Assembly (NCBI RefSeq): GCF_001945605.1
Contig: NZ_MPKA01000044.1
Span: forward strand, 150,001 to 182,000
Length of the DNA stretch: 32,000 nt
DNA from: Dubosiella newyorkensis
GTDB lineage: Bacteria; Bacillota_I; Bacilli_A; Erysipelotrichales; Erysipelotrichaceae
Reading direction: 5' to 3'
Positions 15,989-24,103 of this stretch are shown here, in pieces; the first letter of the stretch is position 1, and every line of letters begins with the position of its first letter. Made by a program: the position numbers and the translations under genes. The notes under the pieces were generated by a model. That model searched no databases. It was not told the DNA's origin and saw nothing but the letters and a program-made list of their open reading frames with translations.

Positions 15989-16486
15989 ATGAAACTCTAT
16001 TTTGCGAAAGTGAAGGTGGACGCTATCATTCCCTCCAAACGGGATGAAGATGCAGGCTACGACCTTTATCCTTGCTTTGAGGAAGGATTCATGCAGATCG
16101 AGCCAATGCATACCAAACTCGTTCCTCTTGGGATCGCGAGCGCCTTTGATTCAAATTATGTGATGCTCTTAAAGGAAAGAGGCTCGACAGGTTCGATCGG
16201 GCTTGCTCAAAGAGCCGGAGTGATCGATAGCGGATATCGTGGCGAATATTTGGCGCCGATCACGAATTTAAATGAAAAGCCATTGCGGATCGTGAAAAAG
16301 GATGTTCTTTCTCAAATGGAGGAAGAAGAAAAAAAACAATTTGTTCTCTATCCTTATGAAAAGGCGATCGCGCAAGGGATTTTATTGGAGATCCCGAAAG
16401 TCGAAAAAGAAGAGATCCCCTATGAGCAGCTGAAACAGATCGCTTCTTTACGCCGAGAAGGACGGCTCGGCAGCTCTGGAAAATAA
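15989..16486 (+). CDS. dut: dUTP diphosphatase
   Basis: DAGYDLYP, GVIDSGYRGEY and the C-terminal RLGSSGK are dUTPase motifs 2, 3 and 5. SD is AGGAG. Confidence 0.85.
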   Translation: MKLYFAKVKVDAIIPSKRDEDAGYDLYPCFEEGFMQIEPMHTKLVPLGIASAFDSNYVMLLKERGSTGSIGLAQRAGVIDSGYRGEYLAPITNLNEKPLRIVKKDVLSQMEEEEKKQFVLYPYEKAIAQGILLEIPKVEKEEIPYEQLKQIASLRREGRLGSSGK

Positions 16487-16494
16487 GAAGATCT

Positions 16495-16526
16495 AAAAAA
16501 GACCGGTTATATCGATCGGTCTTTTC
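16495..16526. terminator. Bidirectional terminator between convergent dut and gntR-family genes
   Basis: A6, then GACCG (16501-16505) and CGGTC (16517-16521), then T4. The loop contains the stop codon of the minus-strand regulator. Confidence 0.55.
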
Positions 16527-17172
16527 GCATGGATATTAAAATGGAATGGATCTTTTTCAAGTGAGAAAGCATCATTTGCTCCGCTTCCTCTTCGTTCTGG
16601 TTTTGGATCGCTTCATTGATCTTTTGATGATCGAACCGAACTTGTTCACGAACGATTTCCGGTTCAAGTTTCATGACATGCGAGATCGAATAGGAAACGA
16701 TCGGCAAGATCGAGCGAATCAAGGAATTGGGGGAGCATTCTATGATCTTTTGATGAAAGTAAAAATCACGATAATAGGCATCCGACTCGTGCTCTTGATC
16801 CGCTAGATCAAAGCCCTCTTGGATGCTTTCACGCATTGGCTGGGGCGATCTTGTGGCACAAGCCGCACAGGAAGGTTCGATCAAGCATCTCAACTCCATG
16901 GCTTCGATCAAACGGTCCAGTTGCGCGATGTGGTAGGCGGCCCTAAAGGTCGGATCTTGAAATTTAGAATGATCCGTTAAGAAAGTTCCTTTTCCACGCC
17001 GGATCTCTAAAATACTTTCGTCGACTAAAAGACTGACGGCTTGGCGGATCGCTTTTCTAGATACTTGGAAGATGTCGGCAAGCTCGTATTCATTGGGAAG
17101 CTTGTCGCCTTCTTTCAGTTTATGATCAATGATATAGTGCATTAATTGATCGGAAACTTCATAACTTTTCAT
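16507..17172 (-). CDS. GntR-family transcriptional regulator, FadR subfamily (FCD domain)
   Basis: The start is set at ATG 17172 (MKSYEVSDQL...). The wHTH reads GDKLPNEYELADIFQVSRKAIRQAVSLLVDESILEIRRGKGTFL, and an all-helical FCD-type C-terminal domain follows. The longer TTG-initiated ORF in the track runs through a poly-C tract and has no SD. Confidence 0.8.
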   Translation of the reverse strand: MKSYEVSDQLMHYIIDHKLKEGDKLPNEYELADIFQVSRKAIRQAVSLLVDESILEIRRGKGTFLTDHSKFQDPTFRAAYHIAQLDRLIEAMELRCLIEPSCAACATRSPQPMRESIQEGFDLADQEHESDAYYRDFYFHQKIIECSPNSLIRSILPIVSYSISHVMKLEPEIVREQVRFDHQKINEAIQNQNEEEAEQMMLSHLKKIHSILISMRKDRSI

Positions 17173-17179
17173 GACTCCT

Positions 17180-17188
17180 ATTATATCA
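17180..17188 (-). promoter_or_regulatory. Extended -10 promoter (TGaTATAAT) immediately upstream of the regulator ATG
   Basis: The reverse complement of 17180-17188 is TGATATAAT. Only 7 nt (AGGAGTC) separate the hexamer from the ATG. Confidence 0.5.
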
Positions 17189-17196
17189 AAAATTTC

Positions 17197-17213
17197 GGGG
17201 GGGGGGGAGGGGG
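17197..17213. repeat. Homopolymeric tract G11-A-G5 (C5-T-C11 on the coding strand of the regulator)
   Basis: Counted directly: G at 17197-17207, A at 17208, G at 17209-17213. It occupies the spacer and -35 position of the promoter above. Confidence 0.95.
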
Positions 17214-17228
17214 TGAACAAAAAATTTC

Positions 17229-17263
17229 TAAAAAACCTAGATCCAAATCCATGGATCTAGGTT
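17229..17263 (-). terminator. Rho-independent terminator after adenine deaminase
   Basis: AACCTAGATCCA (17234-17245) pairs with TGGATCTAGGTT (17252-17263) as a 12-bp stem, followed on the minus strand by a T-run. Confidence 0.8.
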
Positions 17264-17270
17264 CAATACA

Positions 17271-18938
17271 TCAATCAATAAAGGTTTGCTTTTCAACATC
17301 GTACAAACCCGTATCCATCAGGCGGATACTTGGGATTACTGGCAAGGAAAGAAAAGCGAGCGCGTTAAATGGATCGATCGTCTCACTCACACCCATTTCG
17401 TGGGCTTCGTGCTCGAGCGAACTTGCTAAAGCCGCGACTTGGCTCGCTTTATCCATGCTCATGAGCCCTCCGATCGGAAGCGGCAAAATATGTTTCACTT
17501 CATGGTCTTTGACAAGGACATAGCCTCCATGGATGTCGGCTAAGGTTTTTGCCGCCAAGAGAATGTCTTTATCGTTGTCGCCAACGATGATCATATTGTG
17601 AGAATCGTGACTGATCGTGGAGGCGAGCGCTCCATTTTTTAGACCATAGCCTTTAAGGATGCCGGCGCTGATGTTTCCATTTTTCCCGTGGCGTTCGACA
17701 ACGACGAGCTTATTGTAGAGACCATCAGGTTCAAAATAAATCATGCCAGGTACTTCTTCTTGAAGGTGTTTTGTCAACAAGGAGTTTGGTACGAGCTCGA
17801 TCACATCGTTTTTCTCTTTTTTCTTGATTTCGATCGACTCGCTCGTGATGGCTGGAATCGTGACAGTATCGAGCAGAGTGGATGGATCGATCGGCTTTAA
17901 GTGCTTTAAGGAAGCACGATGTCCATTTTTGATGACAGAATCGATCTCGACTGTTTCTGGATCGTTCAAGATCACTAGATCGGCTTGGTAGCCGGCCGCG
18001 ATCGCGCCTTTCCGTTTCAGCTTATACATTTGGGCAGGATTGATCGTCGCCATTTTATAAGCGTCAAAAAGATTCACGCCACACTGGATCGCTTTTTTGA
18101 TGCAGGCCGAAATATGGCCTTCTCTTAAAATATCGGCGATATGCTTATCATCGGTACAATACGCGCAGCGATCAAAAGGAATATGGTTCTTGACAAAGCC
18201 TTGGACGATCGGCTCAAGATCGTGGGCTTGGCTTCCATCTCTCAACAAGACAAAGAAACCGGCTCTTAGCTTAGCGAGAGCTTCTTCATACGCTGCGCTT
18301 TCATGGTCAGTGAGAACATCCGCGAAACGATAGGCTTCTAGCTTTTTTCCAGCGCAGCCTGGGGCATGGCCATCGATTGGCTTGTCTTTGAACAATTCAA
18401 ATTTTGCCATCATGCCAGGCTCTTCATAGATCACATCTTCAAGACGCATCGCTTCCCCTAGACCGAGCACATCCGGGTGCTTCGAATACGCTTCCATATC
18501 TTGCAGCATGAAAGTGCCTGCCCCATTCGTGTCAAGCTCTGTGGCAGGAACCGAAGAGGGAAGCATCGTATAAATATCTAAGATCGTGTTGGCGTTGGCT
18601 TTGAGCATATATTCGAGCGCTTCTTTTCCCTTGACGTTGACGATCTCGTGCGGATCAGCCAAAATCGTCGTCGTTCCTTCTTGAAGGAGCGCTTTGGAGA
18701 GCTCTTCTGGAGCAAGCATCGAGGATTCGATGTGCATATGGGCGTCAATGAAGCCAGGCACGATATACTTTCCACTCAGATCGATCTCGATCTCACCTTC
18801 GTATTGGCCGACGCCAACGATCGTTCCATACTGGATCGCGATGTCTTGCTCGAGCCACTCGTTGCTGAAGACATTCATGATTTTGGCGTTTTTTAACACG
18901 ATCTGCGAACGGATCGTGCCTAAAGAATATTCAAACAT
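17271..18938 (-). CDS. ade: Adenine deaminase
   Basis: 555 aa with PGFIDAHMHIESSML and overall amidohydrolase-fold Ade architecture. SD is AAGGGGGA. Confidence 0.85.
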   Translation of the reverse strand: MFEYSLGTIRSQIVLKNAKIMNVFSNEWLEQDIAIQYGTIVGVGQYEGEIEIDLSGKYIVPGFIDAHMHIESSMLAPEELSKALLQEGTTTILADPHEIVNVKGKEALEYMLKANANTILDIYTMLPSSVPATELDTNGAGTFMLQDMEAYSKHPDVLGLGEAMRLEDVIYEEPGMMAKFELFKDKPIDGHAPGCAGKKLEAYRFADVLTDHESAAYEEALAKLRAGFFVLLRDGSQAHDLEPIVQGFVKNHIPFDRCAYCTDDKHIADILREGHISACIKKAIQCGVNLFDAYKMATINPAQMYKLKRKGAIAAGYQADLVILNDPETVEIDSVIKNGHRASLKHLKPIDPSTLLDTVTIPAITSESIEIKKKEKNDVIELVPNSLLTKHLQEEVPGMIYFEPDGLYNKLVVVERHGKNGNISAGILKGYGLKNGALASTISHDSHNMIIVGDNDKDILLAAKTLADIHGGYVLVKDHEVKHILPLPIGGLMSMDKASQVAALASSLEHEAHEMGVSETIDPFNALAFLSLPVIPSIRLMDTGLYDVEKQTFID

Positions 18939-18950
18939 AGTTGATCCCCC

Positions 18951-20051
18951 TTATGTGTTCTTTTTGATTTTTAAATGATTCAATACATCTATATAGAATG
19001 ATACACCAGATGTCAATAAACTTTCATCAAAATTAAACGTATCGCTGTGGAGCGCTTCCTCCATGCCGCTTCCAATAAAACAGAAAAAACTAGGCGCATA
19101 TTTCCCGTAGAAGGCAAAGTCTTCCGCGATCAGGACAGGCGCTTCTAGATTCGCGAACGGGATCTCTTTTTGGATATTTTCAAAGAGATTTTGATCGTTG
19201 TAGAGAGGCGGATAATGCTGGTCGATCGAGAAGGCATAATGAATACCCATCCTTTCTTGAAGAATAGAGAGTTCTTTTTTGAGCAGGTCGACGATTTGAT
19301 CAAAAACATAAGGATCAAAATAGCGAATCGTCCCTTTTATGCTTGCGTGATTCGCCACGACGTTGAAGGCGGAGCCACTCTCTATGAGGCCATAATGCAA
19401 CAGATGATACACATCTTTTTCAAAAAGCTGTTCTTCTTGGGCTAATGTTTTGGTGATGAATTGGGCAGCCGCCTTTAAGGCGTTGATTCCTCTTTCTGGT
19501 TGAGCGGCGTGAGAAGCTTTTCCATAGATCTCGATATTGAGATCGCAGGCGCCCGCCATCATGACCCCTTTTTTCGAGACGATCTGTCCAGAAGGAAGAT
19601 GGGGATAAATATGCAAGCCAAAGATCGCGTCGATCGAATATCGTTCGAATAATCCAGCATCGATCAGGAGCTGGGCGCCGCCGGGATCTTCTTCGCCTGG
19701 CTGAAAGATCAGCAAGATGTTGTAGGGCGCTTGTTCGAGCTGGTCGATGTGATCAGCGAAACCTAATAAAATGCTCATATGTCCATCATGACCGCACGCG
19801 TGCATATTCGAGTTTTTAGATCGATAGGCGATTTCGTTTTGTTCAAGGATCGGAAGCGCGTCCATGTCAGAACGGAATGCGAGTGTCTGTTCTTGTCCGA
19901 AATCAAAATACGCGCAAATAGAATTGGGAATCAAAGATGTTAATTCGCATTTCATAGGCTCCAAGTGGTTTTTGATATAGGTGGCTGTTTGTGTTGTATC
20001 CAGTTTAAGCTCTGGAATCTGATGCAAGGCTCTTCGATAGCTTGAAAGCAT
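18951..20051 (-). CDS. M20D-family amidohydrolase (N-acyl-amino-acid / hippurate hydrolase-like)
   Basis: The start is set at ATG 20051 (MLSSYRRALHQIPEL) after AGAGAGG. The metal-binding motif MHACGHDGH and the FQPGEE motif are present. It lies 12 nt upstream of ade on the same strand. Confidence 0.8.
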   Translation of the reverse strand: MLSSYRRALHQIPELKLDTTQTATYIKNHLEPMKCELTSLIPNSICAYFDFGQEQTLAFRSDMDALPILEQNEIAYRSKNSNMHACGHDGHMSILLGFADHIDQLEQAPYNILLIFQPGEEDPGGAQLLIDAGLFERYSIDAIFGLHIYPHLPSGQIVSKKGVMMAGACDLNIEIYGKASHAAQPERGINALKAAAQFITKTLAQEEQLFEKDVYHLLHYGLIESGSAFNVVANHASIKGTIRYFDPYVFDQIVDLLKKELSILQERMGIHYAFSIDQHYPPLYNDQNLFENIQKEIPFANLEAPVLIAEDFAFYGKYAPSFFCFIGSGMEEALHSDTFNFDESLLTSGVSFYIDVLNHLKIKKNT

Positions 20052-20115
20052 TTGGACTACCTCTCTTTCGCAGTTCCATTGTATACTGTAAAAAGACAAT
20101 ATGTGAGGAAAAGAT

Positions 20116-20865
20116 ATGGAAGTTGAACAGCTTTTAAATACAGTGATGCGAGTAGGCACGATGCTGATGTCTAGCGGGGCGGAAGTGTATCGGGTAGAGG
20201 ATACGATGAACCGGATCGCAAAGAGTTTTCAAGAAGTGGAATCTGTGCAAAGCTATGTGACAGCAACAGGAATCATGCTTTCGATCAACGTCGAAGGCAA
20301 GACACGCACCCACATTGCCAGGGTGCGGAATCGAAACGTGAATGTCGATACGATCGATCAGATCAATCAGCTTTCGAGAACGTGTGTCCACCAGCATTTG
20401 AGCACGGCGCGCATCGAAGAAGAGCTCGATCGGATCGCTAATCAAAAACGATATTCCTTTTTAACGACCACGCTTTTTGGGGCGCTTGGCGCTTTTGGGT
20501 TCGCGATCTTTTTTAAAGGGAATTGGCAGGAGATGCTCGCCTCTTTTGGTATCGGGATCATGATCCGATGCGCAGGCTGGTGTTTGACAAGCTTAAAAGT
20601 GAATGATTTCTTAAACAATTTGGTGTGCGCGATGGTGGCGGCCTGGATGTCGGTCGAGATCCACTCTTTCGTGCCGGAAGCGAATATCAATGTGATGGTG
20701 ATCTCGAGCATCATGCTTCTTGTTCCAGGACTTGCGATCACCAACGCGATCCGGGATACGATGTCGACCGATTATTTATCTGGACTTGCGCGGGGAGCGG
20801 AAGCTTTTTTATGCGCGACCGCGATCGCCATCGGGGCAGGCGTGATCTTGTATATCTGGAGGTAG
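20116..20865 (+). CDS. Threonine/serine exporter family protein (ThrE / DUF1212, YjjP-like)
   Basis: The N-terminus VMRVGTMLMSSGAEVYRVEDTMNRIA is the family signature. Five C-terminal TM helices follow. Confidence 0.8.
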   Translation: MEVEQLLNTVMRVGTMLMSSGAEVYRVEDTMNRIAKSFQEVESVQSYVTATGIMLSINVEGKTRTHIARVRNRNVNVDTIDQINQLSRTCVHQHLSTARIEEELDRIANQKRYSFLTTTLFGALGAFGFAIFFKGNWQEMLASFGIGIMIRCAGWCLTSLKVNDFLNNLVCAMVAAWMSVEIHSFVPEANINVMVISSIMLLVPGLAITNAIRDTMSTDYLSGLARGAEAFLCATAIAIGAGVILYIWR

Positions 20866-20868
20866 GCG

Positions 20869-21321
20869 ATGCATCAAATTTTAACAGCGGCACTCGGCTC
20901 TTTTTTAGCCAGTCTAGGGTTTGGCGTGTTATTCAATATTCGGCAAAAGAGCAAGCTGTTCGTGGCTGGCTTGATTGGAGGGGTTGGAGGATTTGTCTAT
21001 GAGCTGCTTTTGGTGCTTCATGCTTCGGATCTGGCGGCGAATTTTATGGCGGCGATCGTTTTTACGGTTTTTGCGGAAATAAGCGCGCGGAAGATGAAAA
21101 CACCCGTCACTTCCTTTATCGTGTGCGCTTTGATTCCTCTTGTTCCTGGGGGGACGATGTACGATATGATGATCGAGATCATTACGAACGACCCTTATGA
21201 GGCGCTTGTTTTGTTTTTGAAGACATTGACGGTGGCGGGCGTCTTAGCGCTAGGGATCTTGATCGTTGAAACGATCACATCGTTATATTATAGATTGAAA
21301 AGAAAGTGGAGGCGGGGATGA
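20869..21321 (+). CDS. Threonine/serine exporter small subunit-like protein (DUF3815, YjjB-like)
   Basis: 150-aa four-TM protein starting 3 nt after the ThrE-like gene, the usual partner arrangement. Confidence 0.7.
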   Translation: MHQILTAALGSFLASLGFGVLFNIRQKSKLFVAGLIGGVGGFVYELLLVLHASDLAANFMAAIVFTVFAEISARKMKTPVTSFIVCALIPLVPGGTMYDMMIEIITNDPYEALVLFLKTLTVAGVLALGILIVETITSLYYRLKRKWRRG

Positions 21322-21593
21322 AAAAGATCACACGAGCGGAATTGATCGAAAGAAGCAATAAGTCGCATCCATATCCAGTAGGGGACGAGGCGCTTCAATC
21401 GTATTATCACTTTTTTGAACAGTATTCTTCTATTCACGAGGTGCGGGTTTTAGTGACGTTGATGAAACTCAATGAAGTAGATTTTGAGGGGCATCGCCTC
21501 GTGATTTTTGATACATCAAAACTTCAAAGAGCGTATCAGGAAATGGGGGAAGTGATTCCGGAAGAGTTTGCCAAATTTTTGTTTGAGCAATAA
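21318..21593 (+). CDS. Hypothetical protein
   Basis: ATG at 21318 after GGAGGCGGGG, overlapping the upstream stop. 91 aa. I recognise no family. Confidence 0.45.
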   Translation: MKKITRAELIERSNKSHPYPVGDEALQSYYHFFEQYSSIHEVRVLVTLMKLNEVDFEGHRLVIFDTSKLQRAYQEMGEVIPEEFAKFLFEQ

Positions 21594-21704
21594 ATTTGGC
21601 TTGGTTTGTCCTTTTTCCGTCTTGTTTAGACAAACTATTGCATGTCCTCTTGATTTAGAACATTATGATGGTGAGTAGAGAGAATTAGATAAGAAGGTGT
21701 ATAT

Positions 21705-21977
21705 ATGGAATCTACAAATCTGTCTTCGGAAGGAAGATTGCAGCTTGCTAAAATGATGCTCGAAATCGAACACAACGAATTGCCACGTTCGTATGACGTG
21801 AATAGCGCGGTTGGCTATTATTTTGATCATCTTCGTCCACTCGTGAAAATGTTGGGAAAAGAGAGCGAGATCGATCTCGATGTGGCGATGGATCAACTTC
21901 GAAACGGTAAAATCGAAAGCGACGCATTGCTTCGTTCTCAAACGCTGCTTCAAAAAGCGATGGAGCTTAGTGCTTAA
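21705..21977 (+). CDS. Hypothetical protein
   Basis: 90-aa predicted helical protein with SD AAGAAGGTG. I recognise no family. Confidence 0.45.
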   Translation: MESTNLSSEGRLQLAKMMLEIEHNELPRSYDVNSAVGYYFDHLRPLVKMLGKESEIDLDVAMDQLRNGKIESDALLRSQTLLQKAMELSA

Positions 21978-22005
21978 AAAAGAGGGCTTTCCACCCTCTT
22001 TTTAT
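21975..22005. terminator. Bidirectional terminator between convergent genes
   Basis: AGAGGG (21981-21986) pairs with CCCTCT (21994-21999), flanked by an A-run and a T-run. It overlaps the tyrA stop codon. Confidence 0.65.
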
Positions 22006-22838
22006 TGGTCAAATTTTTTTCGCCGGTCCGTTGACTGGATAAATTCCTTCTTCATTCCATCAATGTCTTCGTTTTGAAGCAAAGTTCGAAAGTTTTGGAT
22101 CGAAGCCATAAATTGATCGATCTCATCAAGCAAGATCTCTTTATTCAAAACAAAGAGTTCGCTCCACATATCTTCGTTGATCTTAGCGATCCGCGTCAAA
22201 TCGCGGAAACTATCTCCTGTATATTCCACAAGGTGCGCGTTTTCATGCGTGTTCATGAGCGATACAGCGATCACGTGAGTCAGCTGGGATAAAAATCCGA
22301 TCATCCGATCATGTTCCTCTACGCTGAGGACACCGATGTTTTTACATCCAAGCTCTTTCGCGAACGCGCTGATCGCCACGACCGCTTTTGTGGAATTGTT
22401 TTCTAGCGGAATGATAATAAAGTTGGCGTTTTCGAAGATCTTAGGATCCGCGAAACGGATCCCTCTCGATTCTCGGCCACACATGGGATGGATCGATAAA
22501 AGCTCGAGATCAGGACGAAGAATATTTTGGAGCTCTTTCGAGATGTTTGACTTGACGCCGCTGATCTCCAACAATAAAGTTCCGGGTTTCAATTCCTTCT
22601 GGTTTTGTTCGATCCAGCTTTTGAGCTGCTTTGGATAGAGTGCAAGAAGAACCATATCGCATTTCCACAACGATCCATCCCCCTTTGTATCTCCTTCATC
22701 GATCATGTCGTGATCCAATGCGTATTCGATCGTTTCATGGTCGATATCGATCCCATAGACAATGTAGCCAAGCTGTTTGCAGCGCATCGCAAAACTAGCG
22801 CCCATGACACCTAGGCCGACGATCCCGATCGTCTTCAT
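22002..22838 (-). CDS. tyrA: Prephenate dehydrogenase
   Basis: The NAD-binding N-terminus is MKTIGIVGLGVMGASFA, and SIHPMCG is present in the catalytic region. It is the last gene of the aro operon. Confidence 0.8.
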   Translation of the reverse strand: MKTIGIVGLGVMGASFAMRCKQLGYIVYGIDIDHETIEYALDHDMIDEGDTKGDGSLWKCDMVLLALYPKQLKSWIEQNQKELKPGTLLLEISGVKSNISKELQNILRPDLELLSIHPMCGRESRGIRFADPKIFENANFIIIPLENNSTKAVVAISAFAKELGCKNIGVLSVEEHDRMIGFLSQLTHVIAVSLMNTHENAHLVEYTGDSFRDLTRIAKINEDMWSELFVLNKEILLDEIDQFMASIQNFRTLLQNEDIDGMKKEFIQSTDRRKKFDQ

Positions 22839-24103
22839 ACAAGTTCCACCTTTCCTTTCAGTCGCTTGATATCTTCAAAAAATGTTGGGTATGATTTTTC
22901 GATCGCTTCAGCTCCCGAGATACAGGAAGGCGATAAAGCCAACAAGCCAAAGATCGTGCAAGCCATCACGATTCGATGATCATTATGACCTTCCATAGTT
23001 ATGATTTCTTCTTTTTTATAGTTTCTTTTCCCGTTGATCGTGATCGTATCCTCATCGCTTTGGATATCGACACCCCATTTTTTTAATTCATCTTCCATCG
23101 CCTGGATCCGGTCGGATTCTTTGATACGGAGCCGTCCGGCATGGATTATCTTGGTCTGCCCAGGACAATAAGCGGCCAATACACATAAGATAGGGCCTAA
23201 ATCAGGACAATCGGCTAGATCGATCACTTGTTCATGAAGCTGGCTAGGCTTGATCGTTAATGTTCGTTCCTTCCACTCGATCGAGGCGCCCGCTTTTTCT
23301 AGGATCTTTAAGATCGTTTTATCGCCTTGCTTGGAATCGGGATCGAGTTCGATAAAGGATAATGGCGCCTTCAAAGCGGCATAGACCGCAAAAAACGCGA
23401 GCTGCGAGTAATCTTTTTCTACGTGATACGTTGTTGGCGCATATGTTTGATGGCCTTCAATCGCATAGCCATTCTCGATCGGTGTGATTTTTATGTTCGC
23501 CTTTTCAAGAGTATCGAGCGTCAAATCGATATAGCTCTTGGATTCTAGCTTTCCTTGAATATGAAGCGTGCTCTCTTTTTCCATCAAAGGAAGAGCGAAC
23601 AAGAGCCCCGAAATAAATTGGCTGGATACGTTTCCAGGAAGCGTAAAGTTTCCTGACTGGAGGGGGCCTTGCGCTTTGATCGCTTCGTTTGTTTGGCTAT
23701 ACCACAATCCTTGGGCTTCGAACAAGTCTTGATAAATCTTCATCGGACGTTCCATCAAACGACCTTTTCCATAGAAGGTGATCGTCTCCTTGCTCAAACA
23801 AGCGACAGGTAAAAGAAAACGCAAGGTGGAGCCAGATTCATTGCAATGTAATTGGGCAGGTCGATTCAAGCTTCTAGGATCGCATCCAACCACATGCCAT
23901 GTCTCTTTTTCTTTTTTAAAGGAAGCGCCCAGCGCTTCTAAGCACTGGATCGTCGCTTCCATATCTTTGGAATGGCCAAGGCCTAAAATCGTGCTGCTTC
24001 CTTGCGTGAGCCCGGCGCAGATCAAAGCTCTATGCCCCATCGATTTCGAAGGAGGAACACAAAGCGCGCCTTCTAATCGGCTAGGTTGGATATGGATCTT
24101 CAT
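22835..24103 (-). CDS. aroA: 3-phosphoshikimate 1-carboxyvinyltransferase (EPSP synthase)
   Basis: 422 aa with PPSKSMGHRALI, GNVSSQFISGLL and HNDHRIVMA motifs. Confidence 0.9.
   Translation of the reverse strand: MKIHIQPSRLEGALCVPPSKSMGHRALICAGLTQGSSTILGLGHSKDMEATIQCLEALGASFKKEKETWHVVGCDPRSLNRPAQLHCNESGSTLRFLLPVACLSKETITFYGKGRLMERPMKIYQDLFEAQGLWYSQTNEAIKAQGPLQSGNFTLPGNVSSQFISGLLFALPLMEKESTLHIQGKLESKSYIDLTLDTLEKANIKITPIENGYAIEGHQTYAPTTYHVEKDYSQLAFFAVYAALKAPLSFIELDPDSKQGDKTILKILEKAGASIEWKERTLTIKPSQLHEQVIDLADCPDLGPILCVLAAYCPGQTKIIHAGRLRIKESDRIQAMEDELKKWGVDIQSDEDTITINGKRNYKKEEIITMEGHNDHRIVMACTIFGLLALSPSCISGAEAIEKSYPTFFEDIKRLKGKVELV

Noticed and set aside
17173-17220. Longer form of the GntR regulator starting at TTG 17220 with a PSPPP N-terminus encoded by the poly-C tract.
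   Set aside because: There is no SD; the sequence upstream is the T-run of the ade terminator. The extension is not part of any GntR wHTH, and an extended -10 element lies inside it.
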